This document shows positions 1 to 13,100 of a DNA stretch of 64,000 nt, one piece after another. The notes beneath the pieces were generated by a model. That model saw only the letters and a list, made by a program, of their open reading frames with translations. It did no database searches and was not told the DNA's origin. Made by a program: the position numbers and the translations under genes. Source of the stretch: Branchiostoma belcheri (Eukaryota); NCBI RefSeq assembly GCF_001625305.1, contig NW_017802379.1, forward strand, positions 4,393,479 through 4,457,478, in the 5' to 3' direction. Each line of letters begins with the position of its first letter. Within the stretch, counting starts at the first letter, position 1.

Positions 1-340
1 CAGAGACAATTCAAAAGAAAGTCCAAGGTCACCAACAAGGTCAAACAGGTCAAAAGATGAAAGATCAGTAAAACACAACACCAAGTCAATCATGGTACAA
101 AACCATTCAACCATCTAGTTAGAAACTTCAAACCACCAGACATCCACCAGTGAATATCATATCTCATTCAAACACTTGCATTAAGAAAAACAGCTGTTGT
201 TCAACCTCATTGAAAAATAGAACAGATAACCTCCACACATGCCATGCCATGAAAACACGAGTGACAGACCAAACAATCACACACCCAGGCAACACACCTT
301 GTTCCCAATGCACACCAGGTTAGTGGTATTTACATTGTAT

Positions 341-405
341 AAACAAACAAACAAATAAACAAACAAACAGACAGACAGACAGACAAACAAACAAAATACA
401 AGGTG
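341..405. repeat. Microsatellite (CAAA)n/(CAGA)n
   Basis: Reads caaacaaacaaacaaataaacaaacaaacagacagacagacagacaaacaaacaaa. Confidence 0.9.
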
Positions 406-1025
406 TGTGCTTGTGTCAGAAAGTAGTGCACATCTGGTATAAAAGCACAGAAATAGCTCAATAGGGAACAAGAGTACTATTTAGTTGCTTCAAAATGGTC
501 AATATTTGTAAAACGTATGGGTCAATATGTGTAAAGTGTATTTTAGAGACAATAAAAAACTGTAGGGGCAGTGCAGCAGTGAAGTACATTTGCATCAAGT
601 TAGCCAGGACAAGTGTACAGGAAAATCATGTAATATTATGGTCATCACTAGAAAGGACTATCAACATTATGGGGCAAAAGGGTCATGAATACACCAGGTC
701 ATCTTATAGAATATGCTTAGATCCCTTAATGTCATTCATAGATATGGAAAAAAAGCATCATTATTACTGACAAAGTTGCCAGGTTGACACAGTACACCAC
801 AGACAGCAAAGCATGAACGAAGTTCTGCATTTGACCAAGTGGAACATGTAAAAGGTAGTTGTACACAATGTATGTAGCCCTAACCACTGACATAGTTGTT
901 ATACTGTGCAATCCATGCAAAGAGTATGAAAAAATCTCTCCAGCATTTGTATGGGTTAGTACATGAGCAACCTTTGACCCCAAGCCTGTACACCTGAATG
1001 GAGGAGGCCTCCGTGAGGCTTGTAC

Positions 1026-1145
1026 CTGAGATCGCTCTAGATTGAGCCTAACAGACAGGCCTTCTACCTCGGCTCGCAGACTGTTGTTCTCTGCCTGTGC
1101 CTTGGAGAGGGAAGCCTGCGTTTCTGACAGGGTGGATTGACCTTG
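1026..1145 (-). CDS. CLIP-like repeat exon (40 aa), last one resolved in window
   Basis: Encodes [40 protein letters not shown]. Acceptor is ctgagcag|CAA, donor CAG|GTACAA. No stop codon, so the gene continues beyond the window start. Confidence 0.7.
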
Positions 1146-4100
1146 CTGCTCAGGAGTGGGGAGGGGGGTGAGAGAGTACAAGTTGAACTTGCCTGTTCTT
1201 ATATACACTACTATAAAGTTGCTATACAATGTACAAATAACAGTCTTTCAACTGTATCTGCCTTGAAAACTGTTAGCTGATGGTCAAGGTTTGAAGAAGT
1301 TGGGAGAAGTCATTGGTTAGGCACAGTTACTACACATGCCAGGACCAAATTATAACTGCAACACAAAAGACCATGACATCTGAGTTAAGCTTAAAAGCAC
1401 GATTCTCAGCTAATATGACACAGACATTAAGCTGACACAAGGCAAAATTTCAGGCATGAACAATTTCAGTGCTGGATCCTTTTTGTGTCACGTGCATGTA
1501 CTACAAGCACTATTGTGTTATAAACAAGACAACTACCAGGCAAAAGAAAAAATGTTTTGCTACTTGCAAATAATTTAACACACCAAGAAAATCTGTTTCC
1601 ATCACAGAGAGGCCAGAAGTGGGCTTATGCAAAGAGAAGCATGCTAGTCCACATACATGTATCAGTTAGAGAACAACAATGGGGTCACAGACAAAAGCAC
1701 AGCCACATGCACATTCAGATACATGTATGTTAGACATGACATTGTTACAGAGAACATAGAAAAAACCTTCCATGGAGTATGTTGAAATCTCTGCAAAATT
1801 ATTGCACATCATAATCAACAGGTATTCTCATCAGGATCATTAACAAATGACCTCACTGCATTATTACACTATTTGTACACAATCATTAGTAATATACAAT
1901 GTAGATTATTGTCACCTTGGTCTCACTATGTCAGTGTGTAACATAATAACTTAAGTAAAGCTACCATTTTGATTATGGCTTTCCATTGTTTTTAAGACTC
2001 AGCAATATTCACAAATTGATTTAAAATGACACCATTTGTATGGTTTTGTGATGATTTCTTTTTGCCTAAGACTTGAATCTGTATTGTCTGACTTGCTCAG
2101 GCACCTTTTGCGTTTCTGCTGCCTGGGACTTAGTAGTTTCTAGCTCAGTGTTGACATTTTGCACTTCCTTTTGTAGGTCCATGATGGTTTTGGACATCTC
2201 AAAGACTTGAGATTCTGCTTGCTGAAAGGTGAAAAAAAAATTGGATATTAAACCCAGGGTGAACAAAGAAAATACTGTTACAGATGTCATCAAATATTGA
2301 TGGTAAAATTGCACCTATATTTACCATTTGAGAATAATTAATACCCAATATGCTTAATATCCAATAATCCATACCTTCACAATGTCTGCATTCTCTTGTT
2401 TCTTTGTTTCTACATCAGTTTCTAGTTGTGTCTTTAGTGACTCCAGTTCTGTGATTTTTCCCTGCAAACTTTCAGCTTCCTTTTCCTTGTTCTGTATTGA
2501 AATAGAAATACAAACACTTATTCACATGTACAGGACTAGTGCATGTATTCCTACAAACTACAAAGTCCAATAAAGATTCATAGGGAAGTATGAGACTGTG
2601 ACAACATCACACATTTAAACATATTTAAACTTTCTGGAAGTATATGAGGGTCCTTCATGCAATCCTTGACTTCATGAATTCCCCATATGAACCTCTATAA
2701 TAATTCCTGCTGGCTTCCAGCCACAGCCATTTCCAGAGTCCTTTTGACATTTCTGCTGGTCAACCTTCCCCCACCCATGTGCTGTCAAAACTACTGTGTC
2801 CGGATAAACAAATCCACAGCAAAGCCACCCAAAACAATACTTCCAGGAAAGAAAAAAAAAACAACACAAACAATACAACTTAAGTCTTTTGATATCGAAA
2901 ATACCTGAACAATCTGTGCATTCTGTTGTTGTTTGGTTTCCATGTCTTTTTCTAGCTGTGCCTTGATAGATTCCAGCTCTTTGATTCTTCCTTGCATGGT
3001 TTGAGACTCTTTTTCCTTGTTCTGTTCAAGAAACATTGTGTAGAAAAAGAAATTAGTTGTGTAAAGTAAGGATGTTGTTGAACACATTTTGTACAGGTGT
3101 TACTTAACAGCATTGACCAACTGTCAATAGTCCCAAATTAACATTTTACAAACCTTAGAGAGTTCCACAGCCTCCTGTTGCTTGGACTCCACATTTTTCT
3201 CCAGTTGTTTCTTCACAGTTTCAAGTTCCGACAATGAGCCCTGTAAACTTTCAGTCTCTTTTACTTTTAGCTGTGGACAAGAAAATGTTAGGAAGATAAG
3301 CACTATGATTCAATTAAACAGTAAAAACTTACAGCACATTTGTCAAATCCAGCTGTAACTATACTTCTAGGAAGTGCAGAATCTGATTTATGATAATATA
3401 TGTATCAAAACTTAAGGCATGTACAGCTGACCTCTAGTTTACTGGAGAAGTCCTCCTTAGCCAGCTCCAGGTCCTGGTAAGCCTGGGCCTTCTGGGACTC
3501 CATGTCTGCGATCTTCCTCTGGAGCTTCCCAGACTCCATCTGGTATTGCTGCACAGGAAGTCAGAACACTGGTGTGAGATCTATGGCAACAAGCTATGAT
3601 GATGATGATGGAGTGAGACCATATTATTAAACTTGGCATGCTTATGCCTTGCTCTAGTTGGAACAATCTGGTAGTTTTTTCCAATATTTTTTTAAAAATG
3701 AAATACAGCCATTCACTTTGATGCTAATGTATCAACTTTAGAATTTTATTACTGGAACATGACCACTTGAGTAGCAAAACTCGCAACAGAAGCCTTGATC
3801 ATTTTACACTGGCCTTTTTACTTTCATTCTACTATGAGATTGGACGTTAGATGTTAATCTGACTATATCAGTAGCAATGTTGATGAGAGTTGAACATACT
3901 TGTTCCTTGTCCTCAGATTCCCTCTTGAGCTTCTTGAGTTCTTTTTGCATCTCCCTTTTCTGGGTCTCGGACTCGTTCAGTCTGGTCTGGAGGTCACCTG
4001 ACTCCTTCTGCCCTGCCTGGGGCATCATGGGAACAAATCATGAACATGACCACCCCATACATGTACATCAATACCATGCATCCAACAAATCTATACTTTA

Positions 4101-7100
4101 TAAATACAAATGTAAAGGCATAGAAACTTCACCTTCAGTTTTGTGTCCAGGTCACTTCTAGCTTGCTCTAAATCTGACTCCAGATCAGATTTCTCAGCCT
4201 CCAGCTCAGAGATCTGTCTGCTCAGGGCCTCCTGTTGGTCTTGAGCTTTCTAGAATGGAAACATCAGGAAGGGAAAAAATAAGGCCATGTGCTCTACAAA
4301 AATCCAACTGTCTTCAAAGTTGTTATAAAAAAGGCTGTCTTAGATCCTTGTAGGTGGTTGGTTCTGTCACAGCCTGCTTTAAAATCTATGACATATATCT
4401 ATGACATCAAAGTTGCATGACAACCTACAATGAATGTGACCTCACCCTAAAAATACAAATACAAGGTATGAAAAACATAAAATACCATAATCCTTCTTAC
4501 CTCTGCTTTTTCTTCAGAGTCTATCTTGAGTGCCTTGAACTCCTTATGGATCTTGTCCTTGTCCTCCTCCACTTTGGTAAGCTTCTTCTGCAGTTCTGTC
4601 ACCTCTCGTTCTCCTTGCTGTCAACATCATAAACAACATAGTTCCAAATTTCACTTCACTTATTTATGAGTTTTCAATGAAAATTCTTATGATCTCATGC
4701 AGTATGCATATGGTATGTGCATAAAGTATATAAGTTCATAAAGTATATAATGTATTATTACTACAACAGGGCATGTATTATTACTACCACAGGGCAGGAG
4801 ACTCGACAACATTCAGACTTCTGGGTAATCCTTGGCTTCCTGAATTCCCCCATGTCCACATTCCTGCTGGCTCCTGGCCAGATTCTGAGACCTTTCTGTC
4901 ATTCTGCATGTCAATCTTCCCCCCACCCATGTGATATCAACCTAGTCTATCCAGACAAACCCACAGCTAGCCACCCCAAACAATACTTCCATACCTAGCA
5001 GGGTTAGACAAGTCCCATTGCCCACTTGCCCAGGGCAAGTAAAAGTACTGTTCGGGCAAGTAAATATCCCCCTGCACTTGCCCGATTGGGCAAGTAAATT
5101 TTAGGATGCAAAGTATAGCCCCTGCATTATTTCGATCAAATTTTAAACAATTTTGATGAATAAAGCATCCAATAAATAAACTCTTCTATAATAAAATAAT
5201 TTCCTTTCTGCTAGTAAAATGAATAGAAATGTGTCATATTTTGGGCAAGTGAAAAGTTGGTTCGGGCAAGTGAAAATGACCAGGTACTTGCCCGGTAGGG
5301 CAAGTGGATTTTTGAAAACTTGTCCAACCCTGCCTAGAAGTTAAGGTTTCTCACCTTGGTGACCTTGTTTGTTTCAGCTTTGGAAGAGTCCAGATCCTTC
5401 TGAAGTTGGTCTCTCTCTGTTTCTGTCTCAGAGAGTTTCTTCTGAAGTTCTTCTTTCTCTGACTGAGCTTGCTGTAAGAGTGTAAGAAAACATCCACTGA
5501 ATTCATTGTACCACATTTCATTACTGGAAAATGCTTGTATTAAAATGTGAAACAACGAAACAAAATGTATCATTCAAAATTGAGACATGATATACACTAG
5601 AGAGAAAAGCTGCACCAACCTTTGTCTGGTTTTCTGTTTCCTCCTTGAACTCGTCAAACTCCTTCTGAAGATCTTCCTTCTGAGACGTGACAGTTTTGTT
5701 GTTCTTCTGTAGATCAACTATCTCCTGCTGGGCTTGCTAAAGTTCAAAATAACAACATTAACATGTAAGTAAACACTGTGTTATCTGTGACACTTAAATC
5801 AACTTTGCTATGATGGCAAGATTTTTTAGGCATTTTTGTGCTTTTTATAACACAGCTGAGTCCTTGAGTCATTTTATCTTCAAGTTGACATACCTTAAGT
5901 TTCTGGTCAGTAGTGCCCTTCAAAGCCTCGGTTCCCTTCTGCAACATGTCCTTCTCAGCTTCAAGGTCAGATATTCTCTTCTCAAGGTCAGAGATTTCTG
6001 ACTGGCTTTGCTGTAATGCAAAAAAGTACAACAGTTTAGCAGACTCTTGACATTACATTTAATCTTCTCTCCACTGCATAACCCCATAACAAGTAGAGAA
6101 TTGGTAGCCAAATGTCTACTTCGGTGTGCTAAATCTTTTAAGTAACTGTTTTTAGACTTACACTTTCTTAGACAAATGATTTTAAGATGTTCTAACCTTG
6201 GTTTGGTCTTCAGAAAGGTTCTTAATTCTGTCCAGTTCTGTCTTCAAGTTCTCAATTTCAGCATCTCTGTCAGCAACCTCTCTGGCGGCTGTAGCGGTGG
6301 CCTTTTTCTCCTCCTGTGGGAGAAACAAACACTTGTCATTACTGCACATCTTCATCTTTCTTTTTTTCAGTACAATTTTTCAACATCAAGGTCTTTCCCA
6401 TACCAGATGGTGCATAGGTGCAATGGTGCAATCTCCATTCCAATAGACCTTGGGCCACACAAGTTTGTGCAATCTAGACAGCAGGAGGCTAGTCCAATGG
6501 TATTGGTGTGTGTTCCACTCCCATACTCTTTCACAAGTGCTAAGCAGAGAAAGCAGTAGGTACCATGTTTAATATCTTTCTACCATGTTTAATATCTTTG
6601 ATATGACTCAGTCAGGGATCGAACAATCTACTAAATGCAAGGCAGACACTCCACTCACTTGGTCATTGCACTGGTTCCAATTAGTTAGCATACATGGTAA
6701 GAGATCACGGAAAAGGAAGAAAACCCCAGGTTTTAGACAGGAAAACATGCACTTCAAAGTTTATGATGAAAAATAATTGCAATATCTTACAGCTGACCAC
6801 ATTTGAAGAAGCCAGGAAAAAGTTTTCAAAAAGAAATATGACTAAAATTTAGAAACAACAGAAAATGAATACAGCCTTACCAATAGAGTTGTAGTAGCCT
6901 GAAACATTTGGTCCTCTGCCTCCTTCCTTAAAGTCTCAAAGTCTTCCAGTACTTCCTTCTTCTCTTTCTCCAGGTTAGCAATGCTCTGCAGGTAGTTGTC
7001 AGTCCTTTCTTTCTCAGTCTAAGAGAGGTACAATAGACATGTAGTTGGTGAGGTGTGTGGAACCCTATGTATGGATCTTCATTGTTCTCACTGTATCAAC

Positions 7101-10100
7101 TGTTGCTATACATGCAGTTACCACATTCTCTTTACTACTATGTCTGGATTGTATAGTTAGCAAGCAAACAAGCAACATTTTGACATTTTATGATTTAGTA
7201 TAAAAATGGTTCAAGCCATTAATACTCCAAAACATGTTTTGTGGTAAATAAGATGTAGGAAAAATCCTGTTACATATGGCCATGTAAAGAAAATTTTATG
7301 TGAAGATTCAAAAACAGTGACTGCATATAGGTTACATAAGTAACAGTTGGGAGTGATGGAATAAAGCTATATCTCAAGATGTAGACTGATACACATAAAG
7401 TACCTTTTGTGCAACATTTGTGTCTTCTTTCATTGTCTTGATCTCGTTGTTAAGTTTCTCTTTCTCGGTCTCAAGGGCTGTGATCTTGCTTTGGAGTTCC
7501 TGACTGGCTTCTTGATGTTGCTGGAGAATAAACATCAAGCAGGTCAGTAACAGAATGAACATGTTGTAGATCCCAGGTTTTCCTTTCATAAAACAAGAAT
7601 GCTGGGCTGACATCCAATCAGCACCTAGTTATGACAACACCAACCAGCCAATCAGCACCAAGGACAGGTACCAAAGCCATAGCTGAAATGACCCAATCTG
7701 CAAAATGCTGAGGTTGACCAATCAGTACCAAGAACAATGCTACCTTTTTACACCTGGAACATCATTAGCATTGGCCAATAAGCCACATGGTCTTGGAGAA
7801 GAGCAACCAATCAGCGCCAAGGTAAATACTGACCCTGACCATCACTATCGATAGCCGACACAGATGCAACTCATCATAACCTTTGATAAACCATCATGTC
7901 AAACTAATCTTTAAAAAAAGGATTATTTCAAACTTACAAAAATGAGTGAGAAGAAAAGATCGGTACTCTATTCACCTCAGTTTTCTCTTCTGTTTCCTTC
8001 TTGAAGGAGCTAAGCTCCCCCTGGACCTGTTCTTTCTCAGCTTCCACAGCCTGGATCTTCTTCTGGAGGTCAGCATTGGTTTCATCTCTTTTCTGTAACA
8101 GAAAGGCATGTGTTAGAAACTTCAACAGGACTTAAAATACTGATACCTCAGAAATGACATTACTTCACACATGGTCTTGTGTCAACAGATTTTTAAAGTT
8201 TCAAACAGGTAAGGAACAGAAAGACTAACCTTGATCTTGTCGTCAGATTTCTTCTTGGCAGCCTTCATGTCTTCTACGAGCTTCTCTTTGTCTGCCTCTG
8301 CCTTGGTGATCTTCATCTGCAGTTCTTCTCCCTTCAGTTTCTCTTGCTATTCATCAATGCAAAGAAAAACAGTCTATAATTTCATTCCCTTACTTGTGCT
8401 TTTACACAGACATCTAAGAGATAGAACAATATTATGAGTGTCTTCGTTCTTGTTGCTGATAATGTTGAAATAGATATGAGATGAAATCTAACAACAGAAA
8501 AACCTCACCTTCAGGTTTTCCTCCAGTTCTTCTTTAACATTCTCCAGTTCTTTCTGTACTTTTTCCTTTTCAGCCTCCACTTCAGAGATCTTGTTTTGTA
8601 ACTCCCAGGTCTCCTTCTGGCCTTGCTGTTTGATAGAGAGGGCAACAAAATAAGAAAAGTTGCTTCGGATATTTCCTGTTTTAACATACCAACTAATCAA
8701 CTAATATGTAAGAAGAGATCAGCTTTATGTCTATGGTGACAATTGACAAATCAACATCAAGCTACTAGCTAATCAGCAGCAAGGCCATAGCAGAGATCAC
8801 TCAATTAGCAAAATGTTGAAGTTGACCAATCAGCACCAAGGACAGAACAGTAGTAGCCACTCAGCATCAAGACCATAGCTGAGACCAGACCAGTTAGCAA
8901 CAGAAAAAAGTTGACCAATCAGCACCAAGGACAAGGACAATGTAATTGCTTGCATTGTCCAATCTGCTTCAAGGTTTTGGAAAAGGGCAACCAATAAGCA
9001 CCAAGGTAATTACTGACACTGTCTTACCTCCAGTTTTCCCTCCACCTCTCCCTTCAGCCTCTCCATGGTTTTTTGCAGGTTACTGTTTTCTGTTTCCATC
9101 TCAGCAACTCTCTTCTGTAGCTGGGCACTCTTCTTCTGTTCTAACTGTTCAGAAAGGTAAGAAACAGTTAAAACTCTCCCAGTCATTTACAACTTCCAAA
9201 CTTTTAGAACATCAACTAACTTTTTTTAGACTACCCCTTGCAGGAAAACACAGCAAATGCAGAACACAGAAAATCACCACGCAAGAAAACTAGGCACACT
9301 TACGTCAAGTTTTCCTTCATATTCGCCCTTGAATCTGCCCATGTCCTTGTGGAGGTTCAGGTTTTCTGCTTCAAGTTCTGTTATTTTAGCCTAGAATAAA
9401 AAGTACAAGAATTAGCTTACGTTGGGGGAAGGCAAAATACACCCATCTTGTAGATTCACAACTTTGTATCAAACTTTTTAACCTTCTCACTGCTGAGTAA
9501 CACAACACATAACAGCTACATTAGCATGGTGAAGGTTAATATATGGAAGCATTTTTCCCTACCTGGAGTTGTTCTCCGTCCTGTTTCTCCTGAGACAGTT
9601 TACTCTCCAGCTCCCCTTTAGTGCTGCCCATGTCCTGCTCCAGCCTTTTGTTCTCATTTTCCAGCTCAGCTATTCTCTTCTGGAGCCCCTTGATGTCTTT
9701 CTTAGCTTGCTGCAAAGACAAAGGAGATTTTAGAATACTGCATCTTCTGACATCTTTTGACAAGCCTGTACAGTAAGACTTATAGAACAAGAAATCAGAG
9801 ATTTCAGGAGGTATTTTGGGCAAACTTTGTTGTGACCTTCAAACTCAAAGACACAAACCCATAAGTCATCACTTTTCTATCCAGAAGTAACAAGACCATA
9901 AATGATACATCTAAAGTTTTAACTCACTTCATTTTTCTCCTCATACTCCTTCTTCCTCTCCTCCAGTTGTTGTTGAAGTTTGTTGATGACATCTTCCAGG
10001 TCCTTGGTCTTCAGCTGGAGTTGCTCAGACTCCTTCTGGCCTTTCTGAAAACCCAACCAATCCACTCTATTCAGTCTACATTTTCATTCAGTAACGACAT

Positions 10101-13100
10101 TGCCAAAGTGTGGGCCAGAGCAATAAATATGTCTCTGTTTTATTTTGTAAAAGGTCACCACAACTGAAGCTTATGTTCTAGAAACTAGTCAGGCTAGGCC
10201 CTGCTCAAAGACTTCTAAAAGCTTACAAATTGAAAGTCACAAAATATGACAAAGTCACAAAATATGACTATTTTAGGCTTGGGTATGGCAAACTGAGACA
10301 AATAGAATATGTACCTCCAGATTGCCCTCTAGATTACTCTTCATGTTGCTCATCTCTTCCTGCAGCTTGTTTCTGTCAGCCTCCATGTTGGATAGCTTCT
10401 TCTGGAGGTCCTCTTTCTCACGCTGTTCTTGCTATTGTCAGGGATGGAAAAATGCCTTTTAAACATAAATGCATAAATGTCTATGGTGACAACATCAAGG
10501 TGGTAGCCAATCAGCACCAAGGTCAGAGATGACATCATCCAATCTGCAAAATGTTTGGGTTGACCAATCAGCACCAAGGACAAGAACAATGTTACAGCTG
10601 AGGTTTTGCACCTATTCTATTATTCAGTATTTTAAAAAAGTTAAAATTTACAATTTCAAGTATCCCAGATATACAATTCATTCCTTTTTTTGTCATCATT
10701 GCATCTACTGGTCTTTACAGAGAAAACATGACCAACCTCTGACTTGACTTTGAACTCTTCCTTCATGATTTCGATGTCTTTCTCCAGTTTTTGCTTAGCA
10801 GCCTCCAGCTCTGCAATTCTTTTCTGCAGACCACCGCTGTCCTTCAGTTGTTGCTGTTGAAGTAAACAGGTTTCAAATCAAAGTATGTACATATGTAACT
10901 GATAGAAACTTAAACAAAGCCCAAAGCTGAAGAGCATTTGAATGGTTACAAAAGAATCATTATCTGTGTAACAGAACATGTTTTTTGTTTGTTTTTCAAG
11001 GTAATTTCAAGGTGAGATTGTGATATGACTTTTTCTTTTCAATTCACTACTCTTAACTGTATTGCTTGCATATAAATAATTTTTGGTATGAGCCATCAAC
11101 AAACGAATGGCAACACAAGGCTCTTGTTGATTTGATTTAAAAAAAAACCTGTTGCTATTTTCAAATTTACATGATACAATGATGATGATTACATGACACA
11201 TGTTCAAGACTACATAGTGATACACACTTACCTGCACATGCACAATACACCTTTGATATCATGCAAAGTTCTACATCTAATGTACAGAGATGGAAAATCA
11301 AATCACACAGGACAGCAGATTGGGAGATGAAATGGTTTTCTTTATTGGTAAAGTATATGAAATGTTACATGCTGATGATATTTCAACAGCTTACTGCAAA
11401 ACATAACTCACCAGAGCCGTGCAACTACAAATGATGAGAAAAGATGAGGGGTACAGCCATCACAGGAAGAGGAATGTAATGCCATGCAGAGATATTGGCA
11501 GAAAATAATGCACCATGCAGAATGATGATGTATTACAGCAGATGACTTCCCATCATGCATCAGGGAATGACAGAACATGCTCTGAACTGCTCCCATCATG
11601 CAATAGTGACAGAAAGGCACATCAACCAAAAGACAAAAGAACAAACCGCTGTCTTCTCCTGGACTTCTGTCTTGAAGGAGGTCATCTCTTTCTGGAGCTG
11701 TTCGCGCTCAGTCTCCATCTCAGACACCTTGGTCTGAAGCTGTTCTTTTTCCGACCTTTCTTGCTATTAGAAGGAAAATGTTTAAGAAGCTTTAATACAC
11801 AACCTGAGTATCCTGAAACACAGCGATACACCTTTTCAAAAATGAATTTTGTAGGACGCATGCTGATCCAAAGAATGCACGAAGGTGGCGATTGAATGAC
11901 GATCGTACAACATATTTGATCTGGCTCTTACATGAGTGTCATGCAAATGTCACAATGTCCATTACTAGTTTTTAAAGCCCCAGAACATGGCCATACTGTT
12001 TTGCTTCACACAATGTAATTTTACTCTTAGTCTTGCGGTTTATAACTATTATGCCTTTGCGAAAAACTGACCTCGCATTTTTGCTCCAGCTCAGTTCTGG
12101 TCTCATCGAGAAGCTGCTGAAACTTGTGGCCGTCCTCTTCCATCTCTTTGACCCTCTTCTGCATCTCTGAGATGCTTTTCTTGGATTGCTATGACAGTTA
12201 GTTAGGAATTTAATTAACTGTTATTCCTGTGTTTATCACATTTTTTGGTTATCTTGGCCTTGCTACAGCATGATGGCATACTGTATTTGTTAGCACTTCT
12301 GTATGTAGTTTATAGTGCCTTCTGTCATACAGGGTAATACGCATACATTTTTGTTATTTTGATACTATGTCATTTTGTCATGCATATGTTGTCTTAATCA
12401 TTAGATATCCTTAGCACAAGGCCTTGTGCTTGATAACTGTTTCTAAAATGCTGTAATTCCCTACTATCTTAATTATACATGTTTTTACCTTTTCCTGGAC
12501 ATTTGCAAAGTTTAATGCAAATTCAGTAATCTGAAGCTGATACAGAGTTATACAGTATGTATCACCATTGACATGCATCAACGGTTATGTTGAATTGCCT
12601 GAACATGCAGATAGTCCTGACTACACCATGAGTAGCACAAGGATGTACCTTCTTGTTCTGAAGGAGTTCCTCGGAGAGAGTCTGGACCTCTGTGCGGTGC
12701 TTGTCCTTCTCGGATTCAAGCTCCACGACCCGCTTTTGGTACATCTCTGTCTCTCTCTTCTCTTGCTGTTGTGTGTGTTCAGTGGTGATGTAGGTGTGTA
12801 CAACAAGTTGTATAACAACCACATTGAATCACAGTGAGGTCTACAGTACCTCTATCAGCTTTGTACATACAGAGTGAGTAGTTAGTCTACCTTGAACCCC
12901 TGGCTATAAGAGGCAAGCCACCGTTCACATGGTTAAGAATGGTAATTCAATACCATAGAATGATATACACAGTACATCATTGCCAAGATCAAAGTAGTCT
13001 TGTATTTCTTGGATCAATCTTGACATCCTACATTACAGGAAAAGTTAAGACAGTGCAAGTGCACCAGAGTAAGTGAGAGTGCAAAAGTCTGTGTGTGCAA

